From contig DATJRY010000017.1 of the NCBI GenBank assembly GCA_035504415.1, positions 461,263-525,262 on the forward strand: DNA of 64,000 bases. Reading direction: 5' to 3'. This document shows, piece by piece, positions 53,909 to 63,198 of this stretch. The notes under the pieces were generated by a model. The model did no database searches, was not told where the DNA came from, and saw only the letters and a program-made list of their open reading frames with translations. This DNA comes from Candidatus Sulfotelmatobacter sp. (GTDB lineage: Bacteria > Vulcanimicrobiota > Vulcanimicrobiia > Vulcanimicrobiales > Vulcanimicrobiaceae). The position numbers were made by a program, and so were the translations under genes. Numbering within the stretch: the stretch's first letter is position 1; every line of letters begins with the position of its first letter.

Positions 53909-54964
53909 ATGCCCGCGCACCGCTGGCCCGAGCTCGATCACGTGCTGGCGATGACCGACGACGTGGGCATCTTGCAGCACGCCACGCTCGACGTCCCCAA
54001 CCGATCGTTCGGCTATTGCACGGACGACGTCGGACGCGCGCTGATCGTCGCCTGCGACGCCGCCGAGCACGACCCCGAGGATCGCGCCGCGGCCAAGCTC
54101 GTGCGGACCTACCTCTCGTTCTTGCACGACGCGCGCTTGCCCGGCGGCGGATTCCACGGCTTCATGGGCTACGATCGCCGCTGGCAGGACCGGGGCGGGA
54201 CGGGCGACCAGATCGGCCGCGCGCTCTGGGGCCTGGGCTACGCCGAAGGGCGCGCGCCGCGTTCGAGCTGGCGCGCCTTGGCCGCCGCGCTGCGGCGCCA
54301 CGCGAGCGACGCGCTGCCGGGTCTGGTACACCTGCGCTCGCGTGCGTACGCGGTGCTCGGCCTGGCCGCCGCCTTGGCGTCGCGCCCGAGCGACGAGCTG
54401 GCTGTTCGCACCCAGCTCGACGCGCTGGCATCCGCGATCGCCGACGACTACGACCGTCATCGCGCCGACGACTGGATCTGGTGCGAGGACATGATGACCT
54501 ACGACAACGCGCGCATCCCCGAAGCGCTGCTGCGGGCCGGCACGGCGCTGGGCAACGCGCGCTATCGCGAGGCTGGCCTGTCGATGCTCCGCTTCTATGC
54601 CGACGCCGTCATCGTCGACGCGGTGTTCGAGCCGGTCGGGAGCGACGGCTGGTATCCGCGCGGCGGCCCCAAGGCGCGGTTCGCCCAGCAGCCGCTCGAA
54701 GCGGCGGCGCTGGTCGAGGCGGCCTTCGTCGCGCTCGACGCGACCGGCGACGAGCGCTGGCACGAGGTCGCCGCGATCGCGCACGCCTGGTTCTTGGGCG
54801 GAAACGTCCACGGGTTGGTGCTGGCGTCGGACGGCAGCTGCGCCGACGGCCTGGACGCCTTCGGGCTCAACGCCAACCGCGGCGCGGAGTCGACCCTGAG
54901 CTGGATGACCAGCGCGATGACGATGGCCAGACGCTCGGCGATCCCGCTGCGCGCCGTGCGCTGA
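53909..54964 (+). CDS. GT4-associated (alpha/alpha)6 toroid, glycoside-hydrolase-like protein
   Basis: MTDDVGILQHA...GYCTDDVGRAL, YDNARIPEAL, FAQQPLEA, C.DGL..N.N.GAESTLSW. Confidence 0.8.
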   Translation: MPAHRWPELDHVLAMTDDVGILQHATLDVPNRSFGYCTDDVGRALIVACDAAEHDPEDRAAAKLVRTYLSFLHDARLPGGGFHGFMGYDRRWQDRGGTGDQIGRALWGLGYAEGRAPRSSWRALAAALRRHASDALPGLVHLRSRAYAVLGLAAALASRPSDELAVRTQLDALASAIADDYDRHRADDWIWCEDMMTYDNARIPEALLRAGTALGNARYREAGLSMLRFYADAVIVDAVFEPVGSDGWYPRGGPKARFAQQPLEAAALVEAAFVALDATGDERWHEVAAIAHAWFLGGNVHGLVLASDGSCADGLDAFGLNANRGAESTLSWMTSAMTMARRSAIPLRAVR

Positions 54965-55660
54965 TCAGCGCGCGAACGCGACCGGTTGCGCGCTCGGTGC
55001 GGCCAGTCGCGCCGCGATCGCCAGATGCGTGAGCAGCAAGAACGGAACCAGCGCGGTCGGGATCAGCATCCACGGCAGCGCGGTAATCGCCGACGCCGAC
55101 GCACCGAACAGCTGGATCGGCAATCCCGGTTGTGAGACCACCCCGAGCGTCATCGCGACCACCAGGTCGAGTGCGCCGAACGCGTTCCACGCCGCGAGCA
55201 GCCGCGGCGATACGGTGCCCCCACGGCTCGCGTACGCGACGAGCGCGAGCGCGCCGAGCCCGGTGACGATGTCGCCGATGCCGGCCGACTGCGCGAACGG
55301 CGCCGGTAGCCGGTGCTGCGCATAGAGCACGAGGAAGAAGACGCCCGCGACCCGCACCCCGTTGGCCCCGACCAGGGCGACGAGCGGCACGCTGCGCAGC
55401 GCGGCGCGGAAGCGCGGTCCGGTCGTCCACGCGAGCGCGCCGGCGACGACGGCGAGGACGAACGCGAGCGGAACGAACGGGACCGGACCGATCCGCGTCA
55501 CCCCGGCCGAGCCGACCGCGGCGAGGATCGCGAACCACGCCGCGGCGAGCGCGAAGGCGACCAGTTTCGCTTGCCGGCTGATGGCGGCCGAACCGACGAC
55601 GACGGCGACGGCGACGACCATGGCCGCGCTCAACGCGAGCGCACCGACGAGATCCAGCAT
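54965..55660 (-). CDS. Multi-pass membrane hypothetical protein
   Basis: About 7 TM segments; AGIGDIVTG and WNAFGALDLVVA; divergent from TetR. Confidence 0.8.
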   Translation of the reverse strand: MLDLVGALALSAAMVVAVAVVVGSAAISRQAKLVAFALAAAWFAILAAVGSAGVTRIGPVPFVPLAFVLAVVAGALAWTTGPRFRAALRSVPLVALVGANGVRVAGVFFLVLYAQHRLPAPFAQSAGIGDIVTGLGALALVAYASRGGTVSPRLLAAWNAFGALDLVVAMTLGVVSQPGLPIQLFGASASAITALPWMLIPTALVPFLLLTHLAIAARLAAPSAQPVAFAR

Positions 55661-55707
55661 GGTTTGCTCCGCCCTCGCGGCAGGTGCGAGGGTCTCGCGA
55701 ACACAAT

Positions 55708-55721
55708 ATGACGATCATCAT
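55708..55721. promoter_or_regulatory. Candidate TetR operator
   Basis: Near-perfect palindrome ATGACGATCATCAT between the divergent membrane gene and tetR. Confidence 0.6.
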
Positions 55722-55736
55722 GAGGTGTCAAGCCTG

Positions 55737-56321
55737 ATGCCCTGGGCTCCCGAACACAAACCCGAGACGCGCGCGCGCATCCTCGAGGCCGCCGCGGCCG
55801 CCCTGCGCGAGCGCGGCGTCGACGCGGTCGGCGTGGCCGAGATCATGCGCCGGGCGGGGCTGACGCATGGCGGCTTCTACGGCCACTTCCGCTCCAAGGA
55901 CGAGCTGGTCGCCGCCGCCATCCCGGTGGCCGGCGCCGACAGCGAGGCCTCCCTCGAACGCCTGCATGGCGGCACGCCGGCGACCGCGTTGCTCGAGGCC
56001 GTCACGAGCTATCTGAGCCCCGAGCACCTCGCGCACCCCGAGCGCGGCTGTCCGCTGGCGGCGCTCGGAAGCGAGCTCGTGCGCGGTGCGCGTCCGGTGC
56101 GGCAGTCCCTCGCGGCCCAGGTGCGCCGCCGCCTGAGCCGGTTGGCCGAGCTGGCGACGGGGGCGGCGACACCGGCGCGGCGCGAGCAGCGGGCGGCCGG
56201 TGTCCTTGCTTGCATGGTAGGCGGGATGATCCTGGCCCGTGCGCTGCCCGAGGCGGACGGTCGGGCCCTCCTCCAGGACGTGCGCGAGTTCGTCGCAGGC
56301 GCGCTGGCGGAAAGCGGCTGA
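55737..56321 (+). CDS. TetR/AcrR family transcriptional regulator
   Basis: TRARILEAAA..LRERG...GVAEIMRRAGLTHGGFYGHF.SKDEL; GCPLAALGSE. Confidence 0.93.
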   Translation: MPWAPEHKPETRARILEAAAAALRERGVDAVGVAEIMRRAGLTHGGFYGHFRSKDELVAAAIPVAGADSEASLERLHGGTPATALLEAVTSYLSPEHLAHPERGCPLAALGSELVRGARPVRQSLAAQVRRRLSRLAELATGAATPARREQRAAGVLACMVGGMILARALPEADGRALLQDVREFVAGALAESG

Positions 56322-56433
56322 CCTTGCGCGCGCGAACGGAACCCGCGCGCAGCCACCGTGGTTGCATTCGGAGCGTTCTTTCCGCTCCCGCACGCCGTAC
56401 TAGGCTGTAGAGGCCTGCGCGTCGAACGTTATC

Positions 56434-58599
56434 GTGATGCTCGCGCAGACCGAACTTCTCAACGATGTCCAGCGCGCGGCCGTCGAGCATACCGACGGTC
56501 CCGTGCTGATCTTCGCAGGGGCGGGTTCCGGAAAGACCCGTGTCCTGACGAACCGGATTGCTCACCTCCTCGAAGAGAAGCAGGTCTTCCCGGACCGCAT
56601 CCTCGCCGTTACCTTCACCAACAAGGCCGCGGGTGAGATGAAGGCGCGGCTCGAGCGAATGGTCGGGGCGCCGGCCCGCGACCTGTGGGTCGGGACGTTC
56701 CACTCGATGTGCGTGCGCATGCTGCGCCGCGACGGCCGCAAGATCGGGGTCGCCCCGAACTTCGCCATCATGGATGACGCCGACCAGCGCGCGATCGTGC
56801 GCGAGGTGATCGCCGACCTGGACTTCGACGAGCGGCAGATCGCGCCCGGCGCGGCGCTGGCCGAGATCTCGAAGGCCAAGAACAACCTGTGGTCGCCCGA
56901 CCAGTACGAGGAGAAGAACCCCTCGTTCGCCGGTGAGAAGTACGCGCAGGTCTACCGTGAGTACGACCGCCGTCTGGCCGAGTCGAACGGGCTGGATTTC
57001 GACGACCTGATCGGCCGCGCGATCCACCTGCTCGACAGCGACGAAGAAGCGCGCACGCGCTACCAGACGAAGTTCAAGTACGTCCTGGTCGACGAGTACC
57101 AGGACGTCAACTACGCGCAGTACCGGCTCGTCGCGACGCTGGCCAAGGAGCACGGCAACATCACGGTCGTCGGCGACGACGACCAGTCGATCTACTCCTG
57201 GCGCGGCAGCGACTACCGCATGATCCTGCGCTTCGAGGAAGACTTCCCGGGCGCCAAGGTCTTCAAGCTCGAAGAGAACTACCGCTCGACGCAGACCATC
57301 CTCGAGGCCGCCAACGAGCTGGTCGCGCACAACGAGGGCCGCAGCCCCAAGAAGCTGTTCACCCGCCGCGCCGAGGGCGAGAAGGTCACGGCCTTCCAGG
57401 CCGAGTCGGAGCGCGCCGAAGTTCGCTACGTGATGGAGAAGATCAAGGAGCACGTGCGCGGCGGTGCCGCCTACCGTGACTTCCTGGTCCTCTACCGCAC
57501 CAACGCGCAGTCGCGCTACTTCGAAGAGGGCTTCCTCGCCGACGGCATCCCCTACCGGGTCGTCGGCGGCGTCGGCTTCTACGCGCGCACGGAGGTCAAG
57601 GACATGCTGTCCTACCTCCGCTACATCGTCAACCCGTCCGACGCGGTCGCGTTCCGCCGCATCGTCAACGTGCCGCGCCGCTCGATCGGCCAACAGACGC
57701 TGGCCTCGCTGCTCGAGGCGGCGAATCAGGCCAACGTCTCGGTCGGCCAAGCGGTGTTCGACTCGAACCTGCTCAAGCGCGCGGTGCCCAAGAAGCAGCG
57801 CGAGCTCGAGCGCTTCGCCGAGCTGATCGCCGACCTGCGCGAGCGCGCGCAGACGTTCTCGATCTCCGAGCTGCTGATCGCGGTGATGGAGGAGTCGGGC
57901 TACCTGCGCGAGCTGCAGGCCGACGAGACGGCCGAAGGCCGCGCCCGCATCGAGAACCTGCAAGAGCTGGTCGGGGTCGCCCGCGAGTTCGAGCAGAACC
58001 CGGAGACGGGCTCGACGCTCGACGACTTCCTCTCCAACATCGCGCTGATCAGCGACGTCGACTCGCTCGACGCCGACGCCTCGTTCGTCACCTTGATGAC
58101 GATGCACGCGGCCAAGGGCCTCGAGTTCCCGATCGTCTTCCTCACCGGTTTGGAAGAGGGCGTCTTCCCGCACACGCGGGCGCTCACCGACATGACCGAG
58201 CTCGAGGAAGAGCGGCGCCTCGCGTACGTCGGCGTCACCCGCGCGATGGACCGGCTCTACCTATCCTTCGCCGCGCGGCGCACGCTGTTCGGCAACACCT
58301 TCTCGCACCCGCGCTCGCGCTTCATCGAGGAGATGCCCTCGATCGAGGTGATCGGCGGGATCGGGCTCGGACAGCGTCCGGGCGGCGGCCGCTGGCGCGA
58401 GGTCTCGATCCACGAGAACGCCGGTGCCGGCGTCGGCATGGACCTCTCGCCGGGCGACAAGGTCCGTCACCCCAAGTGGGGCGAGGGCGTCGTGGCCGAG
58501 GTCGTCGGTGCGGGCGGCGACGGTTTGCTCACCATCAACTTCCCGAACGTCGGCCAGAAGATGGTCATGCTCAAATACGCGCCGCTGGAGAAGGTATAG
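56434..58599 (+). CDS. pcrA: ATP-dependent DNA helicase PcrA/UvrD
   Basis: AGAGSGKT, TFTNKAA, VDEYQD, GDDDQSIY, ENYRST, HAAKGLEF, EERRLAYVGVTRA, C-terminal KVRHPKWGEG domain. Confidence 0.96.
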   Translation: MMLAQTELLNDVQRAAVEHTDGPVLIFAGAGSGKTRVLTNRIAHLLEEKQVFPDRILAVTFTNKAAGEMKARLERMVGAPARDLWVGTFHSMCVRMLRRDGRKIGVAPNFAIMDDADQRAIVREVIADLDFDERQIAPGAALAEISKAKNNLWSPDQYEEKNPSFAGEKYAQVYREYDRRLAESNGLDFDDLIGRAIHLLDSDEEARTRYQTKFKYVLVDEYQDVNYAQYRLVATLAKEHGNITVVGDDDQSIYSWRGSDYRMILRFEEDFPGAKVFKLEENYRSTQTILEAANELVAHNEGRSPKKLFTRRAEGEKVTAFQAESERAEVRYVMEKIKEHVRGGAAYRDFLVLYRTNAQSRYFEEGFLADGIPYRVVGGVGFYARTEVKDMLSYLRYIVNPSDAVAFRRIVNVPRRSIGQQTLASLLEAANQANVSVGQAVFDSNLLKRAVPKKQRELERFAELIADLRERAQTFSISELLIAVMEESGYLRELQADETAEGRARIENLQELVGVAREFEQNPETGSTLDDFLSNIALISDVDSLDADASFVTLMTMHAAKGLEFPIVFLTGLEEGVFPHTRALTDMTELEEERRLAYVGVTRAMDRLYLSFAARRTLFGNTFSHPRSRFIEEMPSIEVIGGIGLGQRPGGGRWREVSIHENAGAGVGMDLSPGDKVRHPKWGEGVVAEVVGAGGDGLLTINFPNVGQKMVMLKYAPLEKV

Positions 58600-58608
58600 C
58601 CCGACGCC

Positions 58609-59337
58609 ATGCTGCGCGTCGGGGTAGCCGGCGCGCTCGGACGACTAGGGCGCGTCGCGTGTGAGGCAGTGCGGGCTGCGGACGACTTGGAGTTGTCGGC
58701 GGTGCTCGTGCGTTCCGGCGGCGGCGAACCGGCGCTCGCGGCGTGCGGCGACGCGCGCGTCGCCCACACGCTGGCCGATTTTCTCGCCGGGCTCGACGTC
58801 GTCGTCGACTGCACCGTCCATCCGGCGACGGTCGGCGTCGCGCTGGGCGCGGTCGACGCCGGGATCCCGGTCGTCGTCGGCGCGACCGGCTGGACCGACA
58901 CCGAGATCCTGACCCTCTCCGAACGCGCGCAGGCGGCGGGCGTCGGCGCGATGCTGGTGCCGAACTTCTCGCTGGGAGCGAACCTGATGATGCGCTTCGC
59001 CGAACAGGCCGCGCGCGTCTTCGGCCGGGCCGAGATCATCGAGCTGCACCACGATCGCAAGCGCGACGCGCCCAGCGGGACGGCGAAGCTGACCGCGCGC
59101 CGCATCGCCGCCACCGGTGCCCCGGAACCGCCGATCCACAGCGTGCGGTTACCGGGTCTAGTGGCGCACCAAGAAGTGATCTTCGGCGGGATCGGCGAGA
59201 CGTTGAGCGTCCGCCACGACTCGCTCGCGCACACCTCGTTCGCCGCCGGCATCGTCGCCGCGGTGCGTGGCGTGCGTTCGTCCACCGCGCTCGTCGTCGG
59301 CCTCGACGCGCTGCTCGACCGGATGCTGGCACCGTGA
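58609..59337 (+). CDS. dapB: 4-hydroxy-tetrahydrodipicolinate reductase
   Basis: GALGRLG, PNFSLG, EIIELHHDRKRDAPSGTA, IHSVRLPG. Confidence 0.95.
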   Translation: MLRVGVAGALGRLGRVACEAVRAADDLELSAVLVRSGGGEPALAACGDARVAHTLADFLAGLDVVVDCTVHPATVGVALGAVDAGIPVVVGATGWTDTEILTLSERAQAAGVGAMLVPNFSLGANLMMRFAEQAARVFGRAEIIELHHDRKRDAPSGTAKLTARRIAATGAPEPPIHSVRLPGLVAHQEVIFGGIGETLSVRHDSLAHTSFAAGIVAAVRGVRSSTALVVGLDALLDRMLAP

Positions 59338-60335
59338 AGATCGCGGTGATCGGTGCGACCGGGGTGGTCGGCGCGACCATCCTGCGCGTGCTCGACGAAC
59401 GCGCCGTCCCCGTCGACACGCTGCTGGCGTACGCGTCGCGCGACCGCGCGGACGGCGTCGCCTTCCGCGGCGCGACGGTCCCGGTGTACGCGGCGACGCC
59501 GGAGCGCCTCGCCGCCGACCGTCCCGACGTCGCGTTCTTCGCCTCGAGCGACGACGCCAGCGCCGAGCTGGCCCGCAGCTTGGCCGGCGCCGGGACGCTG
59601 GTTATCGACAACACCTCGACCTTCCGGCTCGACCCGCAGGTGCCGCTGGTGATCCCCGAGGTCAACCCGCACGCGATCCACGCGCACCACCGCATCTTCC
59701 CGGTCGCCAACTGCACCGCCATCGTGCTGTGCGTCGCGCTTGCGCCGATCGAGCGCGCGGTCGGATTGCGCTCGGTGCGGGTGGCGACGTATCAGGCGGT
59801 CAGCGGCGCCGGCCGCGCCGGCCTGGAGGCGTTGGCCGCCGAGGAGGACGGGGGCGCGCCCAACGGGACCTTCGCAGCGCCGATCTTCCGCAACGTCGTC
59901 CCGCTGGTCGGCAGCGGCAACGGCGACGGCGACACCGGGGAAGAACAGAAAGTGGCCGCCGAGACCAAGAAGATGCTCGACCGCCCGGACCTCTACGTCG
60001 CCGCGACGACGGTGCGGGTGCCGGTGATGCGCGCGCACAGCGAGGCGGTCTTCTTCGAGACGGAGACGCCGACCGACGCGCGCGAGCTGGCCGACGCCCT
60101 GCGCGGCGCACCCGGCCTGGTCTTCCACGAGCACGGCATCGTGACGCCGCGCGACGTCGAAGACACCGATCTCGTGCACGTCGCGCGGCTGCGCCCCGAA
60201 GCCGACGACGACACCGACACGCGCTTCCAGATGTGGATCGTCGGCGACCAGCTCCGCAAAGGCGCCGCCACCAACGGCGTCCAGATCCTCGAACTGCTGT
60301 TGCAACTAGGGCGTCTGGCCGGAGTAAACGCGTGA
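59334..60335 (+). CDS. asd: Aspartate-semialdehyde dehydrogenase
   Basis: GATGVVG, IDNTSTFR, PEVN, ANCT (catalytic Cys), TYQAVSGAG, RVPVMRAHSE, DQLRKGAATN. Confidence 0.95.
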   Translation: MKIAVIGATGVVGATILRVLDERAVPVDTLLAYASRDRADGVAFRGATVPVYAATPERLAADRPDVAFFASSDDASAELARSLAGAGTLVIDNTSTFRLDPQVPLVIPEVNPHAIHAHHRIFPVANCTAIVLCVALAPIERAVGLRSVRVATYQAVSGAGRAGLEALAAEEDGGAPNGTFAAPIFRNVVPLVGSGNGDGDTGEEQKVAAETKKMLDRPDLYVAATTVRVPVMRAHSEAVFFETETPTDARELADALRGAPGLVFHEHGIVTPRDVEDTDLVHVARLRPEADDDTDTRFQMWIVGDQLRKGAATNGVQILELLLQLGRLAGVNA

Positions 60336-61561
60336 TTAGTCAGACCGCGCAGGTCATCGTGCTCAAGTTCGGCGGCAGTTCGCTGGCGACGAGCGAATTG
60401 CGCGAGATCGCCGCCTCGCGCGTGCTCGACGTCATGCGGCGCGGCGACGCGCCGGTCGTGGTGTGCTCGGCGATCGGACGCGCGCCCGACCCGTATGCGA
60501 CCGATACGCTGGCCGAGCTGGTCGCGCCGGTGCGTGACGGTCCTAACCGCGATCTGCTGATCGCGTGCGGTGAGGCGATCTCGTGCGCGGTCTTCGCCGA
60601 GCTGCTGTGCTCGCTGGGCGCGCTGGCGCAGGCGATGACCGGGTTGCAGGCCGGGATCATCACCGACGACGCCTACTCCGATGCCGAGATCCTCGAGATC
60701 GACCCGGCTCCGATTCGTGCCGTGCTGGCGCGCGGCATCATCCCCGTCGTGACCGGCTTCCAGGGCGGGACGCGCGCGCTGGCGACGACGACGCTCGGCC
60801 GCGGCGGCAGCGACCTGACCGCCGTCGCGCTGGGCGAAGCGCTGGACGCGAAGGACGTCGAGATCTACACCGACGTCTCGGGCGTGATGACGGCCGATCC
60901 ACGGCGGGTCGCCGGCGCGCACCCGATCCCCGAGGTCACCCAGGCCGAGATGGTCGAGCTGGCCGGCAACGGCGCGAAGGTGATGCACCACAAAGCCGCC
61001 GAGTTGGCCCACACGACCCGCACGCCGTACGGCATCAAGGGCTTGCGCAGCGGGGTCGGCACGATCGTCGACGAGGACGCGCCGGTCGATCCGGAACGTC
61101 CCGTCACCGGTCTGGCGGTGCTGCGCGACGTGACGTTCTGCCGCATCATCCAAGGCCTGACCGACGAAGCCGCCCGCTCGGAGCTCGACCGCGACGTGCT
61201 GGCGCGCATCGCCGAACGCGGTATCTCGATCGACATGGTCAACGTCAACGACGCCGGCGTGTTCTTCCTGGTCGACGACGAGCACGCCGATCAGGTGCGT
61301 CCCGCGCTCGCCGACCTGAACCTGGCGCTGCGGATGCGGCCGCACTGCGCGAAGATCTCGATCGTCGGCGCCGGCATGCGGGGGACCTCGGGCGTCATCT
61401 ACCGCGTCGTCAAGGCGATCAGCGACGCGGGGATCGAGATCATCCACTCGACCGACTCGAACATCACCATCTCGATCCTGGTCTCGACCGACCAGGCCGA
61501 CGCCGCGGAGCAGGCACTCCACGACGCCTTCCGGCTGGGCCGGGGAGCAGTAGCACGATGA
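60332..61561 (+). CDS. dapG: Aspartate kinase (DapG/aspartokinase I type)
   Basis: KFGGSS, SAIGRAPDPYATDTL, TTLGRGGSD, YTDVSGVMTADP, two ACT domains. Confidence 0.88.
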   Translation: MISQTAQVIVLKFGGSSLATSELREIAASRVLDVMRRGDAPVVVCSAIGRAPDPYATDTLAELVAPVRDGPNRDLLIACGEAISCAVFAELLCSLGALAQAMTGLQAGIITDDAYSDAEILEIDPAPIRAVLARGIIPVVTGFQGGTRALATTTLGRGGSDLTAVALGEALDAKDVEIYTDVSGVMTADPRRVAGAHPIPEVTQAEMVELAGNGAKVMHHKAAELAHTTRTPYGIKGLRSGVGTIVDEDAPVDPERPVTGLAVLRDVTFCRIIQGLTDEAARSELDRDVLARIAERGISIDMVNVNDAGVFFLVDDEHADQVRPALADLNLALRMRPHCAKISIVGAGMRGTSGVIYRVVKAISDAGIEIIHSTDSNITISILVSTDQADAAEQALHDAFRLGRGAVAR

Positions 61562-62457
61562 AGTCCTTGGGTCGTCTTCTGACCGCGATGATCACGCCGT
61601 TCGATGCGAGCGGCGCGCTCGACCTCGACGAGTCGGTCCGCATCGCCCAGTTCCTGGTCGAACGCGGCAACGACGGCGTCGTGCTGGCCGGTTCGACCGG
61701 CGAGGGCAACGCGCTCGAGAGCGACGAGAAGCTCGCGCTGTTCGACACGGTCAAGCGCGCGCTCGGAAAGCGCGGCACCGTCATCGCGGGCACCGGCGAC
61801 AACAACACGCGCCGCTCGATCGTGCTGACGAAGGCCGCCGAGCAGGTCGGCGTCGACGCCGTGCTGCTCACCGTGCCTGCCTACGTCAAGCCGACGCAAG
61901 AGGGGATGCTGACGCACTTCGGCGCGATCGCCGAGGCGACGTCGTTGCCCTGCATCGTCTACAACATCCCCGGCCGCACCGGTGCCAACATGCTGCCGGC
62001 GACGTTCGTCGAGCTGACCCGCCGTCACCCCAACATCGTGGGCATCAAGGAATCCAGCGGCGACCTCAACCAGTTCACCGCGATCCTGCGTGGCGTCACC
62101 CGCGAGGACGTCACCTTCTGGTGCGGCGATGACTACTTGTTCTTGCCCGCGCTGGCGGTCGGCGGTTACGGTTTGGTCTCGGTCGCCGCGCATCTGGCGG
62201 GCGACGAGCTGCGCACGATGGTCGACGCGTTCATCGCCGGCGACGTGGCGCGAGCCGGCGCGATCCACCGCGAGCTGGCGCCGTTGATCGCCGCGTTGTT
62301 CGCGACCAGCAGCCCGATCCCGGTGAAGTGGGCGATGGGAACGTACGGCTTCGCGGTCGGCGCGTGCCGCTCGCCGCTGAGCGCGTTGCCCGAGCCGCTG
62401 CAGGCGGCACTCGAGCCGCTGATCGCGCCGTACCGGCCGGAGTGGGCGCGATCCTGA
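61558..62457 (+). CDS. dapA: 4-hydroxy-tetrahydrodipicolinate synthase
   Basis: TAMITPF, GSTGE, YNIPGRTG, GIKESSG, SPIPVK. Confidence 0.95.
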   Translation: MKSLGRLLTAMITPFDASGALDLDESVRIAQFLVERGNDGVVLAGSTGEGNALESDEKLALFDTVKRALGKRGTVIAGTGDNNTRRSIVLTKAAEQVGVDAVLLTVPAYVKPTQEGMLTHFGAIAEATSLPCIVYNIPGRTGANMLPATFVELTRRHPNIVGIKESSGDLNQFTAILRGVTREDVTFWCGDDYLFLPALAVGGYGLVSVAAHLAGDELRTMVDAFIAGDVARAGAIHRELAPLIAALFATSSPIPVKWAMGTYGFAVGACRSPLSALPEPLQAALEPLIAPYRPEWARS

Positions 62458-63197
62458 TCCTCGGCTGCCGGGTCGATCCGGTCGGACGCGAAGCGGCGGC
62501 CGAGCGGATCGCGGCGTTGGCGAACGCCGGCGGCGCGGCGCTGGTCGTCACGCTCGGCGTCGAGATGGTGATGGCCGCGCAGCGCGACGCGCCGTTTCGC
62601 GCCGCCGTCAACGGCGCGGCGCTGGTCACCTGCGACACCGTCGGGTTGCTGCTGGCCTCGCGGCTGCGCGGCGGACCGCTGCGCGAGCGGGTGACCGGCG
62701 TCGAGTTGGTCGACGCGCTGGCGGAACGCTCGGCGAGCGCCGGCGACGTGCGCCTGTACCTGCTGGGCAGCAAGGGCGACACCGCGCAGCGTGCCGCCGA
62801 CGCGCTGCGGCGCATCCATCCGGGCGCGCTGATCGTCGGTGCGCGCGACGGGTACTTCCGCGAGGACGAGAGCGGCGCGATCGCGGCCGCGATCGAAGCC
62901 AGCGGCGCGAACGTGCTGCTCGCCGGCTTGGGCTCGCCCAAGCAAGAGCTGTGGCTCACGCAGCACCTCGCGCAGACGGGCTGCGGCGTGGGCATCGGCA
63001 TCGGCGGCTCGCTCGACGTCTACGCGGGCAACGTCGAGCGCGCGCCGCGCCTGGTCCAGCGGCTCGGGCTCGAGTGGGCGTACCGATTGGTCAAGGAGCC
63101 GCGGCGCTGGCGCCGGCAGTTGGCTCTGCCGCGCTTCGCGTTGGCGGCGCTGCACGAGACGGTAACCACGCGCGGCGAAGGGAAGATACGAACCTGA
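62442..63197 (+). CDS. WecB/TagA/CpsF family glycosyltransferase
   Basis: RERVTGVEL, RDGYF, GLGSPKQELW, GIGGSLDV, RAP...GLEW.YRL.KEPRRW. Confidence 0.92.
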   Translation: MGAILILGCRVDPVGREAAAERIAALANAGGAALVVTLGVEMVMAAQRDAPFRAAVNGAALVTCDTVGLLLASRLRGGPLRERVTGVELVDALAERSASAGDVRLYLLGSKGDTAQRAADALRRIHPGALIVGARDGYFREDESGAIAAAIEASGANVLLAGLGSPKQELWLTQHLAQTGCGVGIGIGGSLDVYAGNVERAPRLVQRLGLEWAYRLVKEPRRWRRQLALPRFALAALHETVTTRGEGKIRT

Positions 63198-63198
63198 C

